A stretch of 64,000 nt of DNA from Macrostomum lignano. Taxonomy: Eukaryota. Made by a program: the position numbers and the translations under genes. The stretch spans positions 62,001-126,000 of the forward strand of contig NIVC01001888.1 in NCBI GenBank assembly GCA_002269645.1. The letters are read 5' to 3'. Of this stretch, positions 46,534 through 58,480 are shown one piece after another; the stretch's first letter is position 1; each line of letters starts with the position of its first letter. Under the pieces are notes generated by a model. That model was not told the origin of the DNA and did no database searches. It saw only the letters and a program-made list of their open reading frames with translations.

Positions 46534-48816
46534 CTGAAATAACTGCAAGGACAGTGAAAGTAAAATTAGTCATATTTTTCGATGGTAATGCAGTTTTTGT
46601 GAAGCATATTTTTTATTAACTTTTGTGTTTCTTCTACCAACTTTGGCAGTTTTACAACTTTACAGTTAGTATTTTTTTACACTTTCTACTTATTCCAGAC
46701 AAATATACCTATATTATTCAAGAAAATTATGCTCGCTTTTGTCGGCTTCTACATGCCCAACAGCTTATACATTGCTTTTTATCCGACGTGATAGAGCTAG
46801 AAGTCACTAATCACAATTAGAAATTTTTTTATGAAAAAAACAATGACAAAATACTACTGATGAGAACAATCAAATGATAGGAGCTCAAAGTGCAAATGCA
46901 AGTGCATGCAAACAGGTTATTTGTGTGATTTAATGATTTAAAGTTATTTATATAAAGTTGTACAGTTGTATTGATTTATAATGATTCAATACTGAATTCT
47001 AAATGCCTTAAAAGGAATTTTCATTGATAAAAGCAGGATTTGGAGTGACTATAAAACTGTGATACATTTTAGTTTTTTATTTCAAATATGTGCAAAATAT
47101 CACTTTAAAATGAAGCTACATAAAAGCTGAGATAGTTCCAAAAACTACACGTTTTGGCTGCTAAAATTGAGGATAGATGAACAAAAAGTATAATGCTTCT
47201 TTATAGAAATTTCTAACTAGTATTTTTTATTCGAACAATGCTATTAGTATTTTGCTAAAAATAAATATTAGTATAACTATCAAACACAATTCGTGTTCAA
47301 TGTGTCTTTTACTATGAAAGTTTCAAGACAGAATTTCAAAGATATTATATTATTTAAAAAGATCTACTCTTTATACATAGCAGCAAAACACACAAACCAA
47401 TGACTAAACAGTAACTAGTAGTATAGTTGCACACCTATCGCTTAATTTTTTATTATTTTGGTTATTCATACCCTTTAAAATAGTAGAAATGAACAATAGA
47501 AAGCTAATTTCGAGATTGAGGCAAAAACTGAGAATGCGCACTTCCATGTTGCTAGCCGCGTCTCAGCCGCGTCAAAATTTTAAACTCATGCCCCAGATGC
47601 GGCTGTAGTAAAATCTTATAGATTATGGTCTGAAAGTTATGCTTCAAAAGATTGCATGCGATAATGCGATAGTTCATATACAAGTGAATGCGTGCGCTTG
47701 TGAAATAAAAAAATGTGTCTGAGTGCGCGATAACATTCAAATCTATTACTTTTCATGCTGTGTTTCATTTATGTGTGTAATGAAGCTCAACCTAATATTG
47801 TAAATACAACTTTATTTACAGTTAACTTAGTTTATCAGTCATTTTTTAAAACTTTTTTGACCATTTTTTGTTAAAGTGCAATGAATTCAAACGGACTAGA
47901 TTAACTTGGACGCGATCTTAACTCTCATTCCTAGATAAACCTTGAATATTCACAGTTTAACCAGCAATTGCATCAAGGCCATACGGTATCTGTTTCTTTT
48001 TTACTATTCCCTACTTAAAATATCGTCGTTATGTTGTTAGTCGTTAGTCTTTCGAAAAAACCGTTAAAAAAATAAATTCCAGACGATCTTTCAAATACCT
48101 TATTTATACAAATATCGTAACCCGTATGAATTCATCGATCATGTAAAAATAATCGACCTTTTGAGAAAATATAAAATACATAGAATCATATTGGCAAAAC
48201 AGGCTCTCCTTGTCTGAGCCAAATTACTACTACTACTAGGTCTACTACATTCCTTGAATATTCACATTTTAACTAGGAATTTAACTAGGAATCGGCTTCA
48301 ATTTAAGCGGGAGGGCTGCTGCTGCTGACTTCTAGTCGCAATAATTGCTGCGAATTAAACTGAACACTATTTATCATGAAAAAAAATCACATGATCAATA
48401 ATTATAATAATTTCAAGTAAATAAGTCTATAAGATTGTATATGGCTTGTAGTTGTAGAAAGTTATAGGAAGGATTTTCAAGCCTATGCTATGCAGTTTAC
48501 ATTAAGGCAGATGTTATTTGTCCAGGTGACCGGACGAATAGCATTTTTACTATTTGTCTGGTTAAATTGCTAACTGTTTAAATTGCTATTTGTTTTGTGA
48601 TGAATATTCTAGATTTTTAAGACCTTTTCGTTGGCTTTTCACATACACTGATTAATATTTTATTGCAGTATGTATAAGAAAGCAAGTGTAATTATCGTAA
48701 AGCCATAGGCCTAGTAGTAAAGACACAGTATTATTTGTTATAATAATATATGTTAATTTGCCTTCTTTATTTCTTGATATTCCTCATTTGTTTGCAAAAG
48801 ATTAATTGCTATAGGC

Positions 48817-51800
48817 TAGAGGTCGGACGGGATTGAAATCTTCGGGCGGGATCGGGATCGGGAATAATTTTTTTCTCGGGATCGGGATCGGGATCGGGAT
48901 TCGGGAATCGGGATCAGGTCTTTAAAGTTAAAATATACCGTAGCCGTAGTTTGTATATTTGTATATTCATATACAGCTATAAAGAATAGATACACAATAT
49001 AACATAAACAAAAATTTGTCTAGGCTCTTAAGTTTATGCTTTATTATTTATAATTACTATTAATATATTTAAATGCATATAAATAGAAACTTTTGAATTT
49101 ATAATAAAAAAGTCCTAATCAATTTCCTTTAAGTAAATAATATAAAAATAATTATATAGATAGTAATGTATGTACAGTACACAGACATTAGACAATTAAT
49201 GTTTTTACTTTTAAATTAATATATTTTATAAATTAAATAAATAGAGAAAAAATGTAGTATATATGGAATGTATAAACCTTGGCCTAAAATATTTTAGCAT
49301 AGAAAGCTAGAAAAATTGAAACTGATGCTGAAACTGATTGCTTGGGACTTTCTTTCAATAATTAACATAATAGACACAATATTATGTTAATTATCAAGTT
49401 TATTATATCAACTGAAAAAAAAATTGAAAAAAGTAGAAGTAAAAGTAAAAGTAAAAGAGAAAATCCAGCCAGTTTTTCTCTAATCGATTGCGTGGTGCGT
49501 ACAAACAATCAACTCATTTTTAGTATATAGGATTGTAAATTTCTATATTTATTTGCATTTCGTAATAATGATGGTCAAGAATTTCAAGTCTGTCAACCGT
49601 TACAAACAAGCAAATGTAGATTGTATATTTAGTACATATATAATTTGTTTATAATTGATACCTGAAATCAACAAATTATTTTGGCTACAAATTTAGAAAT
49701 TATTAGTTATTTGTGTTTGTTTCACTATGGGAATTCTTAGAACTGTTTGCTAAGCACAAATTTGAATTCAAAATAATTTATTGAACGTTCATAGCATATA
49801 CTATATAGCAGTATGGTGATGGTGTATATTCCATTGAAAACTATTTAGTGTTTATTAACAAAAAATGCAAAAAAGTTAAAGTTAGCTAGCTAGAAATATG
49901 CCAGATTAGATAAAGTGGTTACTTCATTATCACTATGTTCAATGACAATTGACTTAATCAATTGTATTCTATTCATCAATAACAGAATAAATTGTAGTAT
50001 AAATTGTAGCTTATTTGTCAATAAAAAAATTCTTTTTTATCAAAAAGATTTATTTTTAAAAAATGGGATTTAATCTGTTAAATAAATTTAATACTTTTAA
50101 TTTTGCAAATGTTTTTTATCAATATGTTATATAGAGTAGAGACCTTTTTGCAATTTTTTTGATTTTATCACTTGTCTTTTTGTGTGACTATTTGTTTGAA
50201 TTTCAAAATTTTCTGACTTATTGTCAAGTCAATATTAAGAATTATTTAATAGAATAGAGTTAGGAGTTCAGTTTGATTATTATTTTTGTAATTAAATTCT
50301 TCAATTGATTTTAACGTAATCTAGCCTATTCCTTAGAATAATACTAGGCCTTTGTCCTGTATTTAATGTCTCTAAAAATCTTATTGAAAAAATAGTGAAT
50401 AAGGGCATAGGCATTGAATATCCTAGCGTAGCATGCTATTTCATTTTTCAATCTATAGTTTTTATTCAAATAATTCAGTGAATTTTTTATTATTCAACAA
50501 TCAACTTGCTATTATTATCTCATTATCATTACTAGTCACTAAATAGGCCTAGTTTATTGCCATTTGATTTAAACTATTTATGTTTAGTACTTTCAGTAAC
50601 AAACTATAAAAATAATTATAAAACCATTAGGTGCCTATATTTTTTATATATTTTCTTATAATGTAGATTGTAAACATGTATAACTAATGTTTCATCATTT
50701 TCCATTTTCAGCACACGTGCTACACCATATACAAGTCAAATTAACATCAAGTTATCAACCTAATGTCTGGTATAAACTCAAGTCCAGTCTGGCGCTTTTT
50801 TAAAAAGGAAGTGCACAATGGACAAGATTTTGCTAAATGCTTAAGCCCAGGTTGTGGAAAAATGTTACTGTGTTCCACTGGATCTACAAGTGGGGCTCTT
50901 CGCCATTTACAATCATGCCATAAGGACTTATATGAAGAGCTCCAACAAATTAAACAGCAGAGAGACAGCCAGAAACTGAAGGAGAGCTCAAAAGCTGAAG
51001 GGCTTTTCCAGCCAACATTGCAACAATCAATTAAGAAAAGCCGTCCATGGGACATCGAGGATTCCAGGTCAAAGGAACTTGACTTAGCAATTGTTCGTAT
51101 GATATTGTTGGATGGTCAACCATGGACCATGGTTCAAGAAGCAGGATTTCAAGGCCTGATGAAGATTGCATCACCACAGTATACAATTAAGTCTGAAAAA
51201 TTTTACCGCGAAAAGCTCAATGATGTGTACAACTGTGCCAAGAAGAACATCAGGCAGCAGCTTGACGACTTGACCTCAGTGGCAGTTACCTGTGACATTT
51301 GGTCTGAAAAAGGCCTGTCCTTCCTTGGACTCACAGTCCACGGAATCAAAGAAATGCTTTCCGTCTCTGAGGCTGATTGTTGCAACGACAACACCCAAGC
51401 TCAAGTCTGCAAGCTAGAGAGATTTAGCACAACACTGGCTATGCAACATCTGATTGAAGTTCACACTTCTTCTAACATTGCAAATGTGCTGACTGAGATT
51501 TTCGCTGACTGGCGTATCGAAAGTAAAACAATAGCAATTGTTACTGACAATGCTGCTAACATGCTGAAGGCAGTGCGCACAATGCTACCTTCTTCAGCCA
51601 ATGGTGCTACTGCTGACTCCAATTTCTCGGAGAATATCGGAGGAAGTGTGAGCTGTGCAGCTCACAAGTTGAATCTGATTGTGCAAGATGCACTTAAGCA
51701 GCAACCGTGTGTTGAGGCAATTATAGGCAAATGCCGACGCTTTGTTAGCTCCATGCACCATTCAACAACATCTCAAGGCCGATTTGAAAAGCTTCAGAAA

Positions 51801-54152
51801 GCATTGGAGCTGCCACAGCACAAGCTCAAGTGTGATGTTCCAACTCGTTGGAACTCTACATTACACATGCTGCAAAGAGTTTTGGAACAGCGAAGTGCTA
51901 TCTCTGCCTTCGTTGCTGATCGATCGGATTTCGAAGAAATTTCGAGCAATGAATTTACCATAATCGAAAAAGTAGTTAATCTGCTTTCAATTTTTGAAGA
52001 GCTAACTCTGGAAGTTAGCAAAGAGTCAACCAGCATCTCATATTTGATTCCAATGGTTGCACTGTTGCAAAAGTTTCTCGAAAAAGCAGCACTCGATAAG
52101 GATGCAATTTCGGGTGTGAGGTCGCTGTTTGATTCACTGGTACGTGGTGTCAATTCGCGATTTTCTGACATCCCTATCAGATTGGACTGCATCCTGGCAA
52201 CAGCCCTGGATCCGCGTTACAAGCTTGCTTTTTTCCCTGCTGCTGAGAGAGACCAGAAGAAGAAGATTGTGTTAGAATTCTGTTCTACGACTACTACTGT
52301 CACTGGTCATAATAGTAGACAAGAACAAGAAGTAACTTCTGGCAATGGCAACTTTGCAAGTTCGCCTTCTCCAGAGGATGATGAATGCACGAGGGAAGCT
52401 TTTGACCAGCCCCCTCCTCCAAAGCGCCGTCTTCTGGACGATCTGTTCAGTAATTTTAATGCCAACTCAGTGCTGCAGCCCAGCAGCTGCATTGAAGAGC
52501 TGTTGACGGAGTTTCTAACCTCAAAACTGGAGCCAGCCAGTAGTGATCCACTTATCTACTGGTCTACAAAGGCAACTGAAAGGCTTCGGACTTCGATTAT
52601 TCCCTTAGTGAAAAAACTATTTTGCATTCCTGCATCTAGCGTTTCTAGTGAAAGGCTATTTAGTATTGCTGGAAATGTTTTCTCAGATAGGCGGGCTTCT
52701 CTGTCACCTGATTCGCTAGAAAAGATTGTTTTGTGTAAGATTAATTTGCCATTTGTTGACTTCAATGCCGGAAAATAATTTCGAAGATGCACTTTGCCAA
52801 TGCTAGAGACGTTTGTTACGGATTTTTAGGCATTTTTTACTTTACGGCTTACGCAGTTACTTTTTCAATTTAGATTGGCGCTAAAAAGGAAGTTGCGATC
52901 CACATTATAAAAAGCAATATAAAATCCCTGAGGACCTTATTCCTTAAACATTTAACAAATTTGTAGATTTGATAGAAAGTGATATGAAATTTTAGCCTTT
53001 TAAAATATAACACAATTTATCTATATTTGTAAGGTGGATCACGATGTCCTACTTCAACACTAATTCAAAGTAAAATAATTAAACGTGCAAAAGTAAAATA
53101 TTGCCTACTTTGTCTGCTGTTGTGCTTTCTTATATCCTGTTTTTTGTTGCTTGTTTAAAGCGAACAGTTTCTGCCGATGGCACTCACGTTATCCATATCA
53201 CTAAGATCTCCATCTCTGTGAGGCAAATCAGGAAGTTACACTCGTAAATGTACATGTACCATTTTTGTAGCATCCACCGACTGCCTTTTTATTGAGAAAT
53301 AAACAACAGAAGTTTGCAACTTTCCACCTGCACAACGACTGATGAATGAATTAATGATGACTTGATAAGTGATTTGTTAAGTAATTGGAAAGCATTTGGA
53401 ATGGAAAATATTGATGTAAATCCTGTCTAAAGACATTCGGTTTATTTATTTTATTTTAGCAATTAAAAATAAAACAAACGATCATAACATTTAAAAAAAC
53501 ATTATTTACATTACACAAAAAGTAAAAAGCTATTTAAGATACAACATTACAAGCAACATGTGTTAACACTAACTACTGAATTCACGCCTCAGATTTCACG
53601 CCCAAAAATGATGAAACTGAAACAGTGAAAATAAATTAATAAACGATTGCGCAAGTTATATAACCTTTGCGCACACAATCACAGGCCTAGACGTGCTAAA
53701 ATAAGGGAGAAAAAAAAGTTTTTGTGTTCTTATAATGGAGTGAAAAGGGAGTGATCAAATTTTAATCGCAGCAGAGATTGCGCATGTATTGAGCTTCTGT
53801 AATTTCTATTCACTAATCATTGCGCAACCATGCATACTAATCCGATTTGATTTATATGTTCTACAAAGTTTGTAAATATCAATGGAATATTTATAACTTT
53901 AACAATGTTAAGATCAAGAGGTAAAACACGAGAGAATGAATGCAAAGTTTTGTAACCAAAAAAGTAACGATGTAACAAGTACAAGTAAAACAAAATGCAT
54001 GAAAGCAATCATCAATTCTACAAATTTGGAACCAAAGGACCTGTTCCCGATTCCCGTTTTTTTTAGGGTCGGGATCCCGATCCCGCGGGAATCCAATTTT
54101 CCTCGGGATCCCGAGGTTTCGGGATCGGGATCGGGATCCCGTCCGACCTCTA
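48817..54152 (+). mobile_element. Full-length autonomous hAT DNA transposon, 5336 bp
   Basis: 17-bp TIR TAGAGGTCGGACGGGAT (48817-48833; inverted at 54136-54152), identical 8-bp TSD CTATAGGC (48809-48816, 54153-54160), subterminal CGGGAT arrays at both ends and an intact transposase ORF. Confidence 0.96.
50763..52778 (+). CDS. hAT transposase with BED zinc finger (ZBED-like), 671 aa
   Basis: Uninterrupted ORF. BED finger (VWRFF..C-x4-C..LRHLQSCH), catalytic D (TCDIWS), D (VTDNAANM), CxxH (CAAHKLNL), TRWNST, E (SSERLFS) and the hATC dimerisation end; PPPKRR NLS-like motif. Confidence 0.96.
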   Translation: MSGINSSPVWRFFKKEVHNGQDFAKCLSPGCGKMLLCSTGSTSGALRHLQSCHKDLYEELQQIKQQRDSQKLKESSKAEGLFQPTLQQSIKKSRPWDIEDSRSKELDLAIVRMILLDGQPWTMVQEAGFQGLMKIASPQYTIKSEKFYREKLNDVYNCAKKNIRQQLDDLTSVAVTCDIWSEKGLSFLGLTVHGIKEMLSVSEADCCNDNTQAQVCKLERFSTTLAMQHLIEVHTSSNIANVLTEIFADWRIESKTIAIVTDNAANMLKAVRTMLPSSANGATADSNFSENIGGSVSCAAHKLNLIVQDALKQQPCVEAIIGKCRRFVSSMHHSTTSQGRFEKLQKALELPQHKLKCDVPTRWNSTLHMLQRVLEQRSAISAFVADRSDFEEISSNEFTIIEKVVNLLSIFEELTLEVSKESTSISYLIPMVALLQKFLEKAALDKDAISGVRSLFDSLVRGVNSRFSDIPIRLDCILATALDPRYKLAFFPAAERDQKKKIVLEFCSTTTTVTGHNSRQEQEVTSGNGNFASSPSPEDDECTREAFDQPPPPKRRLLDDLFSNFNANSVLQPSSCIEELLTEFLTSKLEPASSDPLIYWSTKATERLRTSIIPLVKKLFCIPASSVSSERLFSIAGNVFSDRRASLSPDSLEKIVLCKINLPFVDFNAGK

Positions 54153-54175
54153 CTATAGGCCTAGGAAATGTTACT

Positions 54176-55894
54176 GGGCAATTCCATGAGTGTGACGGTC
54201 GTAGCTTGATGACTTGAGTTTTTTGTCTCAAAAGAACAATTCTGTAATGCAGTCTAGGGAAAACAAACATTTCTGCACACGGAAATTTATTTTAAACAAA
54301 TGGGACACGATTTAATAGGCATGACAGTCGTAGCCACAGAATTGAGCACAGGTGCAGTTGGAAAAAAAAATTTTAAATCCTAAGAATTACAACTGCTTAG
54401 GTATCTAAATTGGTCTGTTTCTAATAAAAAACACTAGCACCTTGAAAAAAAGAGACAAAGCTAGGCATAGTACTCTTTTTATTAATTTTTATGATTATTT
54501 TTTGTTGTGACGGTTGTAGCGTGACGGTCGTAGCCTTCAATTTACCCACTCTAACCAACTCGGAAAAATTGAAAACTGCATGTAACACAAACAAAAAAAG
54601 ATTACTAAAGGTCATAATTCAAATTGTACACCAATGTTACGTATTTCAACAATAATTATAAGTGACTAAAATCATTATTATGGGGGTCATCGTTGGAGCT
54701 TCCGATGGAAGGCTGCTGGACAATGACCCCAGTTGGCTATCCCATCAAGCAACCCTTGGCATCCATCTGGTAAATGGCGCTAATCCAACATTAAAACATG
54801 TGTGCAATTTAATTATAAAATGAGTTAGAAAATGCATTTGAATTAGAAAATGGTAAATTGGCTACTAGGAAAGTAACTGCTATGAGCAACTAGGGGAACA
54901 GCAAAATGCTGACAGCAAAATGAACAGTAGTTGGGGTGAACAATCATTAGCCCAGGTGAACAAAGTCAAGGGCATTTAGTCACGCATAGTCAGAGGTAGA
55001 TATATACCAATAGTGAACAGTTATTTAATCAGACAGCTGCAGACATATAGCTACCTAGTCGGGATACAAATTATAGTCAAACTCAAAATGGGATGGGGAA
55101 CTCAAAGTGCCCACTTCAGGGGCTGAAGATGCTGCACGATGTCTAATAGTGCATAATAAATGCAGTCCTGCTTCTTTGGCTAGCAGTAAGTGTTTGGCCC
55201 GCACTCAGCTGCATGTCTTATGCGATAGTCCTTGCTACGCTGTGAGGAAGGCTTCATTGTGAATTGCTGCAAAACTGAATATATGGTACATTGAAAGTTT
55301 AATAATACCTTTAACTTGATTTCAATTCGTAAAAGAAGATGATATGAAAGTATACCAGCTAGTATACTATAGAGTGTCATTAGATACAAAATTCCTGTGA
55401 CGGTCGTAGCTAACTTTGCAGACTTTTTTCTACTAGCCCTTAAGACTTATGTGAACCAAATTTTACCAAATAAAAGTACATATGAAAGACTAATTTTTTG
55501 TGCATTTTTACAATAGTAGGTCTTACAGGAAAGCCAAGAAAAAACTTTTTTTTGAAGTCCAATATTCATTGTCCTATGAACTTTACATTAAAAAGAAAGA
55601 TTGAAATAAGCTGCAAAAGACACACTTAACGTATAGAAAAAAAAGTATGGCTCAATGAAATACCAAACAGCCAGGGAATGAAATTATATTTGTTATAAGA
55701 AAAGCATTATATTTAGGTCCGGGTGAAGGGTATACACATTGGGAGCAAAAAATCAAATGAAAAAAGGCAGCAGATTAAAAAAAAATAAAAAGGACAAAAA
55801 TATATATGTTTAACTATATTATAAACATAAAGTTGTCAATATTCAACAATTTTTTAATTTTTGTCCTAGTGGTGACCCATTCGTGGAATTGCCC
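54176..55894. mobile_element. Non-autonomous TIR element, 1719 bp (Sola2-like ends)
   Basis: Ends GGGCAATTCCA(T/C)GA..TG inverted (11 bp perfect); TACT on both flanks (54172-54175, 55895-55898), i.e. a 4-bp TSD; internal GTGACGGTCGTAGC motif at 54192, 54521 and 55397 with variants at 54321 and 54507. No transposase. Confidence 0.75.
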
Positions 55895-57509
55895 TACTAT
55901 TGTCCCTAGTAGTCTTAAACTTATAGTAACTATGAGTATATCTATTTGTTCTATAATGACCACTAATATATTGCAAATAGATATAAGTAGGTACATTAAA
56001 GATATAGCAAATTTGATTTTTTGTTTTAATAATTCTTCTAGAAATAATCCTGTTAGTTGAAAGTTGATAAAGCTCATAGTCATATACAAGAAAAGATATA
56101 AAGCTTAAAACTAAAAGATATGCCTTTCAATTACCATTGGAACATCTAATTTTAAGGCTAATAATAATAGTACAAATTTGTATAATGATTGGTCAAAGAT
56201 GAAGCCATGAACTTTAATACAATAAAAGCTAATTGGTATAAAAGTTGAAGCCAAGGAAGGTGGACCTAATATTATAATTAAGAAATTGCTCTAAAAATAA
56301 TTTTGTATTCTATACTATATATTGAGGTTTTCTTTAATGCTTTAATATATAAAATTCCCATTTTCAAGATTTAGGGATTCAATATTTAATATTATATAAA
56401 CTTGTAGTAAAATATAAATAGGTTTTCAATGCCATTATTATATAGAATATCTAGCAAAAATTTCATGTCACAGCTATAGATATTAAAGGTGATCATAAAC
56501 AATAAAAGCTTTGCTCCAAAGGTGAGCTGACTTTAAGCCTGTTCAGGTATTGCTTTATTTCTTGATCCTGATAATATACAATTAGCTAATGCAAAGAATT
56601 TATCAAAGCTACATCTAGCATTGGCACCACTATTCCAAAATATCCATTTTATCACTTGATTACACTTTATTAGCCTGATTAATACTGTTAGCAGCAACAT
56701 TATTTGGCCTGTTTTCTTAGCCATCTACCAAGGATAAAAGGCTATATTTGTCTTTTTCTCTTATTGACCTTATATCTTTAAAATTATTAGAAAAAAACAA
56801 CAATAATAAAATTTCTTATATATTAAATATATATTAGACTATTTCTTTTAGATACTAAACATCAGAGTTTAAAAGCAATTCATAAGTTAAATATGCAACT
56901 AAATCATTATATTAGGCCAAGCAAAAAATAAAAAGGAACCTAATGGTTCAAAATAAGCAAAAGCAATTTGAAAAGGCTTTATTTGGCTGGCCCATTGAAG
57001 CTAGCCAAGCTTTCCCATTGTGATATTATATATAACACAGAAGAAGCACTAATTATTGTACAAATTGTAGCTATGAAAAGGATATATAAATCAAGATTGA
57101 AATTTTAAAAGTAAAAATAAAAACTTTGTCTATGTCTATGTTTAAAATTGTTCACTATAGACTCCAAAACCAAAAATGCCAAAATTTACAATGCACTTCA
57201 CTAGGCTTAAAATTTCTTAAATTCAAAACTTATCTAAAACTGCAAAACCAAAAGGCATATTTTTCACTAAATCCTCCATAGTGTTGCTCTATATTTACCA
57301 ATCCTCTTCAAATTTGACATAAAAAATATTTGGGCTGCTATAAGTCTGCTATATGTTATGCAATTAACTTTAAACTTGATATAGTTCTTCCCATAGACTG
57401 GCTTTCTAAGCACTTGAGCTGTGCTAAAGGATCTGCCCAAACAATCAGCTTGATAGGTGGTATTACCCTGCTACACTCTGGAGACTTTAGGCTTTAGCGC
57501 ATGGCTGTA

Positions 57510-57998
57510 GGCCAGAGAAGAGAGAAAATGAAAGGGAATAATAGATGGAGAGAGAAGTGAGAAGAGAAAAAAGGAGATAAAAATGACATGAGAAAGAACA
57601 TAAGAAGAGACAAGGAGAGACAGGTGAGAGTAGAGAACAGAAAAGAAAGAATAGAGGAAGGAGAAGAGATGAGAAAGCTAAAGGGTTAAGAGTAAAGAGG
57701 AGAGAGAAAAGGAGAGAATAGATAAAGAGTACAGATAAGATGAGAGAAAATAGATGAGAGTAAGAGAGTAGAAAAGAGATGAAAGGGTAAAAAAGAGAGA
57801 GTAGAGAGGAAAGAGTAGAGAGAAGATAGGAGAAATGAGAGGAGAGAGAAGAGACAATAGATAGGAGAGATAGAGAGGAAGAGTGAGGAGAAAGTAGAGA
57901 TGAGAGAAGGGAGAGTAGAGAATAGTGAGTAAAGAGAATAGAGAGTAGATAAGAGAGGAGAGAAGGATAAAGATAGTAAAGTGAAGAAAGGAGAGAAG
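57510..57998. repeat. Aperiodic purine-rich (GA) low-complexity tract
   Basis: About 490 nt almost entirely A/G with no fixed period. Confidence 0.85.
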
Positions 57999-58480
57999 TT
58001 GCAAATGCCTTAAATCTTAATTTAGCATGGTTACATGAATTTACTCCATTTTTCTTCACCTTTATCCTAACTACATGCATTAATAAGTTTTTGTTGAAGT
58101 ATGAATTTAGATTTAAAAAATGTATGCAAAAAGTTCTAGGGTTTAGAAATTAGAAGTTAGGGGATTCAAAATCTGCAGGTTTCAACAGTTTGTAATGTCA
58201 TAATTTTTTTATTTAACAAAAACTTTTGTAAAGTTATTTTTACTGAATTAGACTTCTAAGATGATTTGCTAGTGGCTTCACAAAAATATTTTTTTTCAAT
58301 AATAAAAACTGCTACCCAAAAAGTAGGATCATGCTTTTATTTCCATAGATTTTCAAAGATGTAGGTATATTTTAAGATTAATATATATATATATATGTCT
58401 ATATATAATATCAAACCATTGTGACATTTCTATTTTTGAAAAAAGTAAAATCTTTTTGAAAAAAAATGCATGAAAAAGAA

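Noticed and set aside
55900-57480. AT-rich stretch as a degenerate reverse transcriptase or transposase (a KYLG tetrapeptide near 57325)
   Set aside because: No other diagnostic motifs and stops in all frames; the source cannot be assigned by eye.
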